Positions 35,001 to 47,800 of a DNA stretch of 64,000 bases are shown one piece after another. Position 1 is the stretch's first letter. Every line of letters begins with the position of its first letter. This stretch comes from Macrostomum lignano (Eukaryota). A model generated the notes under the pieces. The model was not told the origin of the DNA. It did not search any database and worked only from the letters and a program-made list of their open reading frames with translations. The stretch lies in the NCBI GenBank assembly GCA_002269645.1, contig NIVC01000827.1:248001-312000 (forward strand), written 5' to 3'. The translations under genes were made by a program, and so were the position numbers.

Positions 35001-38000
35001 CCCTAATTCCCCAATGAGGGCCAAAGTTAATTGTGTACCACAGATTATCAAATTTTAGAATTTCAACTCAGTCGTTGGTATAAAAATTGGAGAGAAATTT
35101 GCTTCTCATATTCCGTAATAATTGCGTTTGTATAAAATTTATCAACAATTCTTTTTAAACATTTAGATTAGTTTCAAACGCAAACTGTTAACATTGCACC
35201 ACTTGTGGCACCGAAATGTATTCAGTTCCAAATATTTATCTGCTAACCTCACCGACTTTTGCACACGCACTTCAGTTGCACCAAGTTTTTGCACATCCGC
35301 GACTTGATCAAATTTCCCAATATGACAAACTGGACACTTTGAATTTTATCCTGAATGAGGAAGAACCCCAGGAATGCCAAATTACCTACAACTGGCAGTG
35401 CTGGGGTGTGTTGCAGTTATCCCAGTGTAATTTACTAAGATACGAGTAAGTGACGATTCTCAGGGTAGATTAGTGATGTTTTTCCAAGTAGATTAGTGAC
35501 GATTGTCAGGGTAGATTAGTGACGATTCTTAGGGTAGATTAGTTTATATTCTCGAAGTAAATTAGCGACGATTTTCATGCTAGATTAGTGAAGATTCTCA
35601 TGGTAAATTAGCGATGATTCTCGGGGGTAGAATAGTGACGATTCTCAGGGTAGATAAGTGACGATTCTTGGGGGCTTACCTGGCTGTTGTCCTGGTTACT
35701 CCTGGTCCTAATACATGCAAGGGCTCCACAACAGCCCCCAGCACTGTCAGTCGCTCAGTTCCGGCAGCGCAGCCACACAGAACTCAAGCAATCCGAACCC
35801 GGTCCCCGCCTTCCAGGCAAAGATAGCCAACTGCCAGCCGTGTTTATTTCAGGTACGTGCCACCGACAACCCCACAGCCAGCACCGCTGCCACGCAGCGC
35901 TACACCGACGTGCCACTGACTGTAACACTCACCGACGTTAACGACAATGCACCGACCTTTACTAATCCCACGTTTGAGGTGAGCATATTCGAGAACATTC
36001 CAGCTGGCAGCGTGATCATCACACTCACCGCGTCCGATCCGGACTCCGGAGTCAACGGAATTGTCGGATTCGCGATTCGCAGCGGAAACGAGCTCGGCTA
36101 CTTCGGCTTGAACCCCACCACTGGAGCCCTGCGCGTCTCCACCAGTCTGCTGGGCAAGCCGTCGAGGTCCTACGTGCTCAGCGTCACGGCCACGGACGGT
36201 GGTACGCCTCCACAAAGCACCGAACACCGGCTGACGGTTACCGTTCGCTCGGTGTCGGAGACTCGAGGCAACCCGGTGGTCACCTACCCGATCGAGGGAC
36301 GGAGCTACGCCACGGTGGAGGAGGCGCCCATTGGGACTCCAATACTGCAGGTGCGTGGGAGTTCGTTCAGCCGATGTAGGGCACCCGATGAAAACGGTAC
36401 CTAAGCCAAGAAGCGGCCCAGAGTCACTTGCGTCGCCATAGAGTCGTTGCAGATGACATAGGTAAAATTGAAAAGAAGTGAGTCTAGAGGACTCTAAAAC
36501 GACGAGAAGTCACGGTACAAGCGCCAAAAAGTCGTTAAAGATTCGCTCAAGAATCGCTTTGAAGCGTTTCTCTGGGGCGACGCAAGTCACTCTGGGGCCG
36601 TAAAGTCGTATTTGAGGCGTGCTGGAGGGAGTCGCTCTCGAGTCACTGAGTTACGAGCGTATATTCGAAGCGCTTGATGAATTAGAGTCACATCTCTAGA
36701 AAAGTTAAGCGCCAACACAACGATTCTTTGACGACTCTTTCGCGACTCTTACGATTATACAACTCACGTGACGCGTTTGAGACGCAAAAGTCGCCTCTCC
36801 GTCGCATTAGACGCGTTTGAGTCGTTATAAGTCTCAAGAGTTGCTCCAGAGTCGCTAGAGTCACTAGAGAGTTGTTTGCAATGACTCGTGGTTCTTGTCA
36901 AGATATCATTTTCAACGGGGCAATGGGTTAGTTTGCCATGCCAATGCAGGATTTAGTTCATCAATTAGTTTACCAGTTAGTTTTGTTGAATTAGGCTCAT
37001 CGATAAAACAAAAAACAGACTGAATAATTCTATTCATTTCCGGCAGGTGACCGCCCGCGACCCGGACTCGAGCGGAGAGAACATGACTTTTCTGCTCGGC
37101 GGCACGGACGCCTCCAAGTTCGCCATCAACGCCAGCACCGGCTGGATCAGCAGCCGAGTCCGGCTGGATCGCGAAGCTCAGGCCACCTACCAGCTGGTGG
37201 CGTCTGTCCGCGACGGCTCCGGCCTGGAGACCCTCGCCCCGGTGCTGTTCGCCATCTCGCTGACCGACATCAACGACAATCCGCCAGTGTTTGCCGGCTG
37301 CAATCTGCAGGTAGGGCTGCTGCTTGGATCCAGCTTACCGTGGCGCTGTTGAAGGTAGCTTTGGTCTCCAGATTCCTGTCAGTGACATTCGGCACTTTAA
37401 CCGACTTCCCCATAACCCATCGGGCACATGCATGCACATACCATCGTTGTGCATTGTGCAGTTTGAAATTTTTCAATTTTCAGTACAACACTCAGCCAGT
37501 CCCGGTGGTGGTGCCCGAGAATGTGTACAATCGCGAGATCAACACCTTCACCGCCTGCGACCCGGACATCAGCCCCAACAACGGCCTGACCTATCGGATC
37601 ACCTGCGGCAACGAGGCTGGCTACTTCGCGGTGGGCCGCGACACCGGAGTGCTCAGCGTTGTGAAGCCCATAGACCGGGAGGCCCGCAGCCAGTACCTGC
37701 TGTGCCTGATGGCCAATTCAACCCTGCCCGTGGTGCCGCCAGGCAGCGCCTCGCCTGCCAACCAGTCCCAGCTGATGGTGCTGGTCAATGTCCAGGACGA
37801 GGACGACAATGGCCCCACTGCCGAGTCGGCTGTGCAGATCGCCTATCTGGCCTCCGATGCCATCTACAATACTCAGGTGGGTTGCATGATTATGGAACTG
37901 CAGCTTTAGAAACCCATCATTGATTGGTACTGTATAGAAATAAGTAAACTATTTATTAAAGTTGAAAACAAACAAAACAACCATTCCTAAATAAGCACAT

Positions 38001-39871
38001 ATTTAATACCTGACATGGCCCAGGCATTAAATCTATCTAGGCTATCATTTAATTTCATTTAATCGGTCAAGCCATTTCATTGGAAGTGACATGAGAGGAG
38101 AACGAGCCCTCAGCCGACTGCTGCGCGGCCGTAGGAATGTTTTTGAGGGGTGTTAAGGGGGGGTTAAGTATAGATAAGACAATGAAGGGGTGGAGTGCGC
38201 GATGAAAGAAAGAGGCGACATCGAAGAGCCAATCAGAGGGCAGCGAGGGAGAGAGAGAAAATAACAAGACTGAAACTAGACGGAGAGAAAAAAGAGTAAG
38301 AACTAAGGTGCTTTACAGTCCATGTGGCATGTATTTTGTACTTTTCAATTTGTGTGATTGTGTCTTCAAATCCAATTTCATCTGTACTCAAGAGTCTACG
38401 CCAAATTTCATCTCACTGTGGTTCACATGTACTTTAAAAACGCTAAAAAGGTGTTTAATTTTTTGCTGACTCATTCGCGCGCAGGTGACCACACTGGCCG
38501 TGACGGATCCCGATCTGCCGTCCAACTGGAACCACGTCTACTCTGTGCAGCGAAGCGTGTTCACCTCGGCCGACAGGTCAAAGGTCAACTCGCCAGCCGA
38601 CGGCGCATTCCGCGTCGATTCAAGCGCCGGCGTCCTGCGCAGCGGCTTCCTAAACTACGCTTCGTACATCGGCGGCACCTTCGACGTGGACGTGCTGGTC
38701 TCCGACAGCCGGTCGCGCACTGCCAGGGTCAACGTCCGGGTCAACATCCTGGGCGAGGAGAATCGACTACGCTACGTGGTGTCCATGACCCCGGTGCAGG
38801 CCCTGGGCGTGGCTCAGCAGCTCATTGACAATGTCACCGCTATGGTGAGACGCACTTTAGTTTTGAAGATGCTTTAAATTGAGCTCCTTTATCTGACCAT
38901 AAGAGTGTTTGACATTCTGGTAAAAGTTGACCGTGTTGAGATACTATTTGACAAATCGGTGAAACACTTCTCAGAAGATGCATTTTGCTGGTTTGGCTTG
39001 GCTGGTCAAAAGCGGGCGAATGACGCGAATAGTGATTCTCAAGTTCTGGTAGAATGGGACTTTGCTGTTGCGAGTATTGTGTGGGAATATAGTTATAGTA
39101 GAGCAGTGTTTCACAGTCACCATAACAGAAGATTCCGTCTGTGGACGCCGAGTTGCCGAGTATACCGGTATATTCTGTGGTGTTTCAGAAGAATTTCACC
39201 GACAATTGGGCGGCATGCGACCAGTACTTCGACTTGGCATTTGACATTGTGGCTCAAAGGCTGCGATTGCTGGTCGAATCTTATAAGTATTTAAGTTATA
39301 AGTTTATAAGTTTTTTTAAGAAAGCTGAAAGAACTAAAAGGACGTCTCAAGCCCGGGGATTGAGTACGATTTTGCTGAGATCTACTGCGTGTAACGGAAT
39401 GTACTTTGCTCTTAGCGGGTCTGTACAACTCCGGTGTGCAAGGCGCAATCATCTCCTCCATCTCCCGCCCTCCCAAAGGTTCGCTCCAGCGGCCTCACCC
39501 TGACATTCCAACGGGTATCTCTGCACGCCACCACAGCCTCGGGCGCCGAGCAGAACACAGCGGACGTGTGCTTCGCCGTAGCCGGCTCCGAGTCCCAGAT
39601 CCTCACTCTGCGCCAGGCTAAGGCCACCCTTGACAAGGGCGTGAGTTCGAGTCTGGACTCGCTTTACTCTGAGTTCAAAGTGCAGAGCATCGGGTACTGC
39701 AACTCGTACAGCTTGTTCAAGACTTACAACTACCTGGGCATCGAAGGCTACTGGTGGCTGTTCACGGCGATGTCGGCCATCATCATCCCGTTCGCGTTAG
39801 GCCTTGTTGGCTTCATGATGGTCCTGTACAACAAGTATGAGACCATGTGCACCGCTCTGCAGTATCAGTGA
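29052..39871 (+). CDS. Non-classical cadherin (signal peptide, 14 EC repeats, membrane-adjacent domain, TM), CDH23/Cad87A-type
   Basis: Exons 29052-29318, 29900-31122, 31585-33246, 34165-34393, 35853-36350, 37047-37310, 37484-37876, 38485-38844, ~39416-39478 and 39537-39871. It shows repeated DxNDNxPxF, DRE/DYE and AxDxD motifs, a PCDH15/CDH23-like MAD segment and the TM WWLFTAMSAIIIPFALGLVGFMMVLY. The phase of the 38844/39416 junction is unresolved. Confidence 0.9.
29370..29790. repeat. ~19-bp minisatellite (CTGACACCCTGCTAGCGTC) in cadherin intron 1
   Basis: Degenerate tandem units, read directly. Confidence 0.9.
33300..34090. repeat. 10-bp GA-rich repeat (GAGAGAGTG(A/G))n in cadherin intron 3
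   Basis: Direct reading. Confidence 0.95.
34635..34833. mobile_element. Small MITE-like inverted-repeat element in a cadherin intron
   Basis: ~50-bp imperfect inverted repeat: ATTCAAATT..GCCAAAA..TAGTTAAACAAATGGT..AAAAC at 34635-34683, and its reverse complement at ~34786-34833. Confidence 0.55.
35440..35670. repeat. ~22-bp degenerate minisatellite (GGGTAGATTAGTGACGATTCTC)
   Basis: Direct reading; intronic. Confidence 0.8.
36384..36920. mobile_element. MITE with CCC...GGG termini (third family) in a cadherin intron
   Basis: Imperfect ~40-bp TIRs CCCG(A/T)TGAAAA..CAAGAA..GAGTCA, flanked by GCA/GCA (or CA/CA). The interior is rich in GAGTC/GACTC. Confidence 0.7.
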
Positions 39872-40134
39872 TGCACCATAAACGCTATTATTAAACACGA
39901 TGAGCAGACAAAAACTGGGTCGATGCTTGCCTGGAAATAATGCGCATATGCTCCTATATTTTTCACTTGCTAATTTTGACTAGGTAAATTGTACTTTTGA
40001 ATAATCAAATCAGAAAAGAATTTACAGTTTGCATGACAACCAATTGCAGCCAAAAAACTGATTGGAATCTTCTTGATATATCTTTTTTATTTCGAAAGAT
40101 TATGTTAATAAGGTTACACTGACCCTCGTTCGAT

Positions 40135-41175
40135 TTTTAGGGATGTACATTGAGGGTAGAGTAATCGATATTTAAGGATGTAAATTGAGGGTAAGAGTAA
40201 TCGATATTTGAGGATACAGTTAATCGATATTTGACGATGTACATAGAGGGTGGAGTTGATCGATATTTAAAGATGTAGATTGAGGTTACAATGATCGATA
40301 TTGAGGATGTACATTGAGGGTAGAGTAATCGATATTTAAGGATGTACATTGAGGGTAAGAGTAATCGATATTTGAGGATACAGTTGATCGATATTTGACG
40401 ATGTACATAGAGGGTGGAGTTGATCGATATTTAAAGATGTAGATTGAGGTTACAATGATCGATATTGAGGATGTACATTGAGGGTAGAGTAATCGATATT
40501 TAAGGATGTACATTGAGGGTGGAGTTGATCGATATTTAAAGATGTAGATTGAGGTTACAATGATCGATATTGAGGATGTACATTGAGGGTAGAGTAATCG
40601 ATATTTAAGGATGTACATTGAGGGTAAGAGTAATCGATATTTGAGGATACAGTTGATCGATATTTGACGATGTACATAGAGGGTGGAGTTGATCGATATT
40701 TAAAGATGTAGATTGAGGTTACAATGATCGATATTGAGGATGTACATTGAGGGTAGAGTAATCGATATTTAAGGATGTACATTGAGGGTGGAGTTGATCG
40801 ATATTTAAAGATGTAGATTGAGGTTACAATGATCGATATTGAGGATGTACATTGAGGGTAGAGTAATCGATATTTAAGGATGTACATTGAGGGTAGAATA
40901 ATCGATATTTAAGGATGTACATTGAGGGTAGAATTGATCGGTATTTAAGGATGTGCATTGAAGTTAGAGTGATCGATGTTGAGTACATGTATGTGCATAA
41001 GGGTAGAGTAATCGATATTTGAGGATACAGTTGATCGATATTTAAGGATGTACATTGAGGTTACAATGATCGATATTGAGGATGTACATTGAGGATATAT
41101 TTAATCGATATTTCAATGTACGAGTACATTAAAGGTAGGATTGACCGATATTTGAGGATGTACATTGAGGGTCAT
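40135..41175. repeat. Complex satellite of ~35-40-bp monomers with a 269-bp higher-order period
   Basis: Monomers GAGGATGTACATTGAGGGTAGAGTAATCGATATTTAA and variants. Identical ORF starts at 40349, 40618 and 40887 are 269 bp apart. Confidence 0.9.
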
Positions 41176-41280
41176 CGAGACTAGACTAGGAGTAGATTGA
41201 GGTTCATAGAAGATCATAGAAGCCGATTCATGACATCGGTTCAGTTCTTTTGTTTTTTTCTCATAATCCAGCTGCATAAC

Positions 41281-42141
41281 TCACAGCTTCATCCAGACCC
41301 AACCAGCCTTGTCGGCAACTACAGAAGGCACGGCCGTGAACTTCACCTGGTGGCAAAGCCGGTTGGAAAGTGCGAAGGCGCATGCCAGACAGTTGGGGCT
41401 GTCGTGGCAGGCGGCAACGCACTCGATGATGCTGTCCACCGCCCAGCTGCTGTGAGTGATGGAGTTTTCGGAAACTGAGATATTCGGCACCGAAGTGCTT
41501 GATAGCTTCGTCATGGTCGGTCCGACTGCGACGGGTTAAACTGTTTGAAATATATTTCTTAACTCAACGGTCAACTTGATAGAGCTATGTCAATCATGCC
41601 ATCTCAACCATGTTGTTCGAACTTCGATGTTTTGTCAATCCGGTTCCAGACATCTAGACAGTCATGTCAGGCATGATCTAGAAAATCATGTCAGGCATGA
41701 GCTAAAGAATCATGTCAGTCGTAATCTAACACAATCCAGTCAGTCATAATCTAAACATTCCAGTCATGCATGATCTCTCACAGATACAAAATACAGCTTC
41801 CCTCACTGTATCCTCAGGTTCGCTCACTCGGTGCGTAGAAGATTTCGTAGATGTAGTTTTTGGAATGGCCGCCGCAGACCTGCGAGGAGTTGCCGGTGCA
41901 CTTGTGCGAGCATCAGCGTCATTTTGGTAGCGCTGTAAACAAACAGAGGCGCGACGCAGTACCTGGCGAAACGACCGATAGTGCGAATGCCTTGAAGTCC
42001 TCGTAAGTCTCGATTGCTGTTGTCGCCGTACTTGTAGCAGCCGATGTAGCGAAATTCATGCATCAGAGTTGGCAACGACAGCGCTGTCCAGCCTCCTAGC
42101 AACAGAAATTCTATGGCGAGGAGAGCTTCCATAGATGACAA
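41281..42141 (-). pseudogene. Secreted WSC-domain + PAN/Apple-like protein with an internal deletion/frameshift; exons 42141-41828 and 41525-41281
   Basis: Signal peptide, then YIGCYKYGDNSNRDL...YSATKMTL. After a +1 shift the frame reads CSHKCTGNSSQVCGGHSKNYIYEIF (WSC C-terminus). The phase-1 GT-AG intron leads to SIIECVAACHDSPNCLACAF..NRLCH. The central WSC cysteines are missing. Confidence 0.65.
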
Positions 42142-44814
42142 TCACTTTTTTCCCGACAGCTTCTGAGCTACGTCGATGCTTTGGGGGCAAGAGAAGTCTT
42201 TAGTCTGCAAGCAAGGCAATGTGTCATTGTCTTGTTTACGATTTGCATAAATTTACAATTCAATAAATGCAACACCGTGCATCTTTTGTGCGGGAAAATC
42301 GGACATCCGTTCCTTACCGGGCGCCAGCTCATTTATAAGAAAAACGGGTGCAGCGTCCTTCGATATCAGTTTTCTACGAAAGATTAAACGCTTCCTGTAT
42401 GCATAAATATCTTAAATAAAATAGCAGCAATTGGCCCCTGGAAATAAACTACCATTAAAATGATTAAAATGATATATTTTTAAATAAACTCATGTCTGGT
42501 CTTGGAAGTTCACGGATTTTCGAGTAGCTTTGGCAACCTGCAGCAGACAGCTCAAGCGGTGTGCTTGACGAGATTTACGAGTTAAATATCTGTCCCAGAG
42601 AATTCCTGAAATTTCTAATTTAGCTTGTCAATAGTGTCGGAAAATGCGTTTCTATCTGCTTTATGCGACTATTTTGGTTGAACAAAGTCTCTGAAGGTTA
42701 TCTAATATCCGTCTGAAATAACTTTTAAGGCTGACAAGGTCGATAGTCAGTAATTTATGGCTACTGGTTGAATAACCATGCATTGTAGGGTTTTCCCGCC
42801 AAGCAGGCTATCTTCTGCTGTCGCCAAGCGCACTCGTGCTTTAGAGCCTCATTGTCTAGCAATTTGACGATACCGGCGCTCGCCAGACAATCGTTGTCAC
42901 GCACTGGGACCGCTGATTATTTATCCATTAAAAGCAGCAGCCTATTTGCCGAATTGGTGCCAGCTTTTAATTAGGCTGCGGCAGTTGCATCCTGATTGGA
43001 AATTTGGCAGCTCATTGAAGCTTCATAACGGCTTGCAATACCAGAAGTCAGAATTTTTACAGCTCAATAGTATTGAGAACTGTGGGCGTCTCACTTATGT
43101 AACGAGCCACTGCTTGGTTGAACATTTTTATGCATTTATGGCTATTTTTTTAAACATTTCATGGACCCTACTTGGAGTAGTCAGGCGCTGAACTGCAGCA
43201 GTTGAATGACAATCCGTTATGCCAGCAGAATGGGCGGTTGTCTCCCGCTGCATGCGCACTCCTCAAGGTTCGCCTCTTGACAAAGTGGTTTGGCCAAGAA
43301 CATGGATCCACTGAGTTTGGTTCATCCGGTTTATCTGGCCAGAGTGTAAATAATGGAGAGACTTTGCTGGATTTTACTTTGCACAACCCAGAATTTAAAA
43401 AAATAAATGGGCAATCGTGTACTGTTACTGACAATCAGTAGTCACGTGTGTGTTATTACATGACAGAGATTCATTATAATGGCAATAAAATTTTCGCAAA
43501 CTCATTCGAGAAAGTGTAAATCTAGCACACTTTTGGCACCGCGTTTGTGCACAATTTGTTTAAATCACGCAGCTTGTCAGAGCAGCAAGACTAACACATC
43601 ACGCGAAAATATCACCGCGCATACTGAACAAGGCCAACGTGGGTTACTAAAATTGAATAAAGTACTCGTATCTCTGCACAAGCACAGGAAGTCAGCAATG
43701 CTGATACGATACGGTTTTAGTTTAATAATAGCAGATTTAAAACAAAATTACAGTTCGATTTCAAACTATATAAATAGTGCATTGGTTTACATGTGCAGCC
43801 TACATGGGCGGTTACTGAAGACTCTATTGGCGTCAGATTCGCCATGGAACTGTGGGGTTTAAATACGAAGGACTTTGTCAAGCCCCCAGCCATCTCAGAA
43901 ACGGCACTTGCATGTGGCGAATATGATCTGCTAAACGGGGACAATAAGATGAAAATATATATTAGTACATCTGAACTGCAGCTCAGGTTTTTACTGAGAA
44001 AAACGATCTGCATGTGGAGAAAATGCCGCTTATATAAATATGAAGCTGATGTGCGCCCCATTTCTTTGGGCGCACAGACTTGCCGCAACAGCTAGTTATG
44101 GCCATCTGTGGACAAGAATCGAATGCAAGCTGCATAATTTCTGTTACCCTCCGTGCAAGGAGAGATAGAATCAAGTTCAACTGCTGCCATTGCAAAACCA
44201 GCAAGTCAGTTTGGTGGATTGCAATGCATCATGTGGCGATGTTTCTGTGAAAAAGAAAGCATTCTGCAATGCATTGGGGTGTCGTAAACGATGACTGTGC
44301 GTGGGTAAGCAGATGCAATACAACTGTAGTTGTGATGTGTGACGGTTTTATATTGAAAAGACAAGCTATAGAGCATTAAAAAACCTTTAGAAGGGAGTTC
44401 TATCGTAAAAAACAAAGGCCTCAGGGATTTAAAACTAAATACTCATTTCGTGGCATGAGAGTGTAGAAGGAAGCAATTACGTATCAATCCAAACCAGTTA
44501 ACTCATAATATGAATTTGCTGCGCTCTTCATCAAAACTATGTTAACTGCAAGCTCATACCGGACAATCCGCACTTAGTATTGTTAAACTGCAATAAATTT
44601 AAATTTTCTTCAAAATGGGACAAAAAACTACTTTTAAAATGTTACTAAATTTATATACAAGGAAGCGAGACTGTTCAAAGTTTGTCTAACAATGCACCCT
44701 GGGGCGCGAATTTGAAATCGATTCAACCAACCGATAGTTGCAGGATTGCAACAGATGAATGGCTTTGTTCAGCAGACATTATAGGAATAACGACGGTCAC
44801 CCAAGCGGTTGAGT

Positions 44815-47800
44815 TTAGTTCGGCGCCAGGTAGGAATCCATGCCAAGTTTAGACATCGTCGTGTTCGAGGACCTCGGCGGCGGCTGCGGCGGAGGCCCGG
44901 CCTGCTGCGAGCCAGCCGAGCTGTTTTTCCTAGAAAAGCTTCGCGAATTAGGCATCAGTTGCGTTTGCTCGGCCTGAGCTCGCCCGTAGGCTGAGTTGGC
45001 AAAGTTGCCGGTGGTTTGCTGGCTGACATCTAAGTTGGGTTCGTCTTGCACCTCCTCGTAGTAGGTGCTCTCAACTGGCTCGGTGCTGGGCTGCATTAAT
45101 TCCACGGGCTGCGGGCTGGCAAGCAAGTCGAATTGTTTCAGAGGAGAATAGTGCAACTGCAGCACCGCAAACTGCCATTCCAATTATTATTTTAGGAGGC
45201 TTATGGGCACACTGGCGCAAGAGCGTTGAGACACCTCTGCCCATTCCGTTGACTCCTGAGCACACACCAGCGCATGGACACTGTACGCAGTCACTCAATC
45301 ACATACACGCTCACACAGCGTGTGCAGTGGTCTTGAATTTCTCATTGTCAGGGACAACACACTCTCTGTGCCTTCGGGGTTGGCCCTCGTGGATGTGAAT
45401 CGAAACTTTAGGGTCGAGGTTATACGAGCGTAGGCTTCAATTATAAAATAATCGTCATGTCAACCATAAAATATTTATGGGGGATTGCTAAAATGTCAAG
45501 GCTCATGGTGGAATCGCTAAGATTTCAAAGCTCGTTGGGGGAATGGCTAAAGATGTCAAGGCTCATGGCGGTCAATCACTGAAACGCTTTGGCTCAAAGC
45601 ATCTGTTGCTCAGATGCTTTAAGCCAAAGCTCATGGGGGATCTGATATCTTAGGCTATGATATGATAGGTGGCTTTCATGGCGGATGCTTTTTTGCTTCA
45701 AACATAATTTTTCTTAGGATATTAACAATAGCGACTTTTGAGTACAAGGTCGAAACGTATGTGTAATTTATTCAATAACTTCTTTCTCTTTATTGCCTCC
45801 CAACGGGGGGGGGCGCAGATGGCTAGTCCAATATACAAAACTCACGAGCTGGGCTGGTAGGCCACCCTGTTGACGCGCAGCTCCACTCTTGAAGAATGCT
45901 TCCGATGATAGACCATGATGCCAGCGACTATGGCGGTCAGGGAGCAGACAACGATCAACAGCACCGCCAGCAGCAGGATTGGCATCACGAGCTGTTAGTG
46001 AAAATCGGATAATTAAGTAGAAAAATTTGAACGACGAATGAACGACAGACTGTCTGAACGACAGACAGTCTCGCTCTTCTTTTGACATTAGATAAAATAC
46101 TTTATCCTCTACGATGTGCTTTTTCAAACTCTAAACTTAATTCATTTGAGATTTGATGTTCAAATTTATCGCGGGAGGACTATAAAAGTTTCAACTACAC
46201 TTCAACAGGAAGTCAACTTCACTTTCTCCCCCATACATAGCACTTTGGGCAGGTTCTGTTCTTGAAAGGGATCTTTTGATCTCGCAGTCCTCATTGTTTC
46301 GCAGGCTTCAGTTTATGGTTTGCTAATCAGTTCACAAAAACACCGAAATTTCACAAACCCGAAATTTAACAAAGTCGAAATATACTCTTAAATTTCAATG
46401 TTGTGAAATCTCGGGGTTGTGAAATTTCGGTATTATGCAATAGGTCGCGTGAATTTTTGAAAATATGAAATTTCAGGTTTGTAAAATTTTGGTGTTGTAA
46501 ATTTCGGGTTTCTGAAAGCGCCCCGCAAATACATACAGACTTTCTTGTTTCAAGATACCACGCTAGACCTAAGGGCAGCAAGAACTTACTGTTTCATTCA
46601 ATGGCTGCGGAGCGTCATGTCTTGCCGTGGTCAGCGCTCGAATTGCTGTTGGTGCCGGCGGCTGAAACTGGCACACAGCTCCTGAGAAGCCGCTCCTGCA
46701 GTCGCATCTGAAGCTGCCCACGGTGTTCACGCAGTCGCCATAGGAGCCGCAGAGACCTGCCACCAGGCGGCACTCGTCAACATCCTGGTCGCAGTGGTAG
46801 CCAGTGAATCCTTTGTCGCAGACGCACACCGATGAGCCGTTGCTGTTGAAAGTCTGGCAGCTGCCGTTGCGGCACCACGTGGCGTTGCGATGGCACGGGT
46901 GAGTCTCCAGCTGACAGTGAGGTCCGGTGAAGTTCATCGGGCACTGGCAAACCGGCCGTCCTTGCAGGTCCTCCGAGCAGCTGCCTCCGTTCTGGCAGAA
47001 GGCCTGTCCCTGCCGCAGACACTTGTGTGACGGAGCGCAGCTGCCGTTGAGAGCCGTGTAGCCGGCAGGGCAGATCGCAGAGCCGTTGGGGCTGCAGCCG
47101 AACCTGGACGGGTCGCAGTGCACCGAACAGGCAGCTTGGTAGAAGTTCGGCCTGCACCTGATCCAGACAGCCAGTTTCAGGATGTGACCATTGCTAGAGA
47201 TCTCAGTGAGCTGTGATGACCAGCGGCTGTTTGCTGAGTTGTTAGCAAAAAATGGGAGCTCTGCGGCGTTGTAGGAGCGGTGCAATCTGCACATGAGCTC
47301 ATGCTCTCCGGGGTCTTTGTCCTTGACAGTGACCGACACTTGGACATTGTCAGTGGGCTTCAGATCCGAGCCGGTGAATTGAAACTCCAGAGGGTTGATA
47401 AGCTGGCCGATGAAATCTCCGAAGTGAATCACTGTCGGGGCATTGTCGTATTCAGACGAGACGAAGGTTGCCAGAATTTTCCTTGGCGTCGACACGGAGA
47501 TGAGAAAGTACGGGTCGCAGTGGTCACTTCCAAAGAAGCTCCGGTCGCAGCTGCCTCGGTCTCTTTGTCGATACGAGTCGAATTTCACGTATACTGCTCC
47601 ACTGATCGCTGAGGAATAACTCCTGACTACTCCTAGCAACTAAAATAAGTTTAATAAGGAAAATTATAGATGACATTTTTACAGTTTGCTGTTTTTGCTG
47701 CAATTTTTACAATTATTGCTCCCAAATTTATGCAAATTGAGCTAACAAAACTATTAATATGAGTTAGTTGTTTCTTACCAGCATGCTGAATATAAGAAGC

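Noticed and set aside
34975-35015. tRNA T-loop-like GGTTTGATTCCC
   Set aside because: No acceptor stem, D-arm or anticodon arm could be folded. At most it is a SINE remnant.
39100-39290. Possible extra cadherin exon (VTITEDSV... or KNFTDNW...)
   Set aside because: The membrane-adjacent domain aligns without it, and no convincing donor/acceptor pair of the required phase was found. Left unresolved.
42940-44420. Short ORFs of 70-127 aa between the WSC and Delta-like genes
   Set aside because: No recognisable motifs, consistent splice sites or codon-like GC bias.
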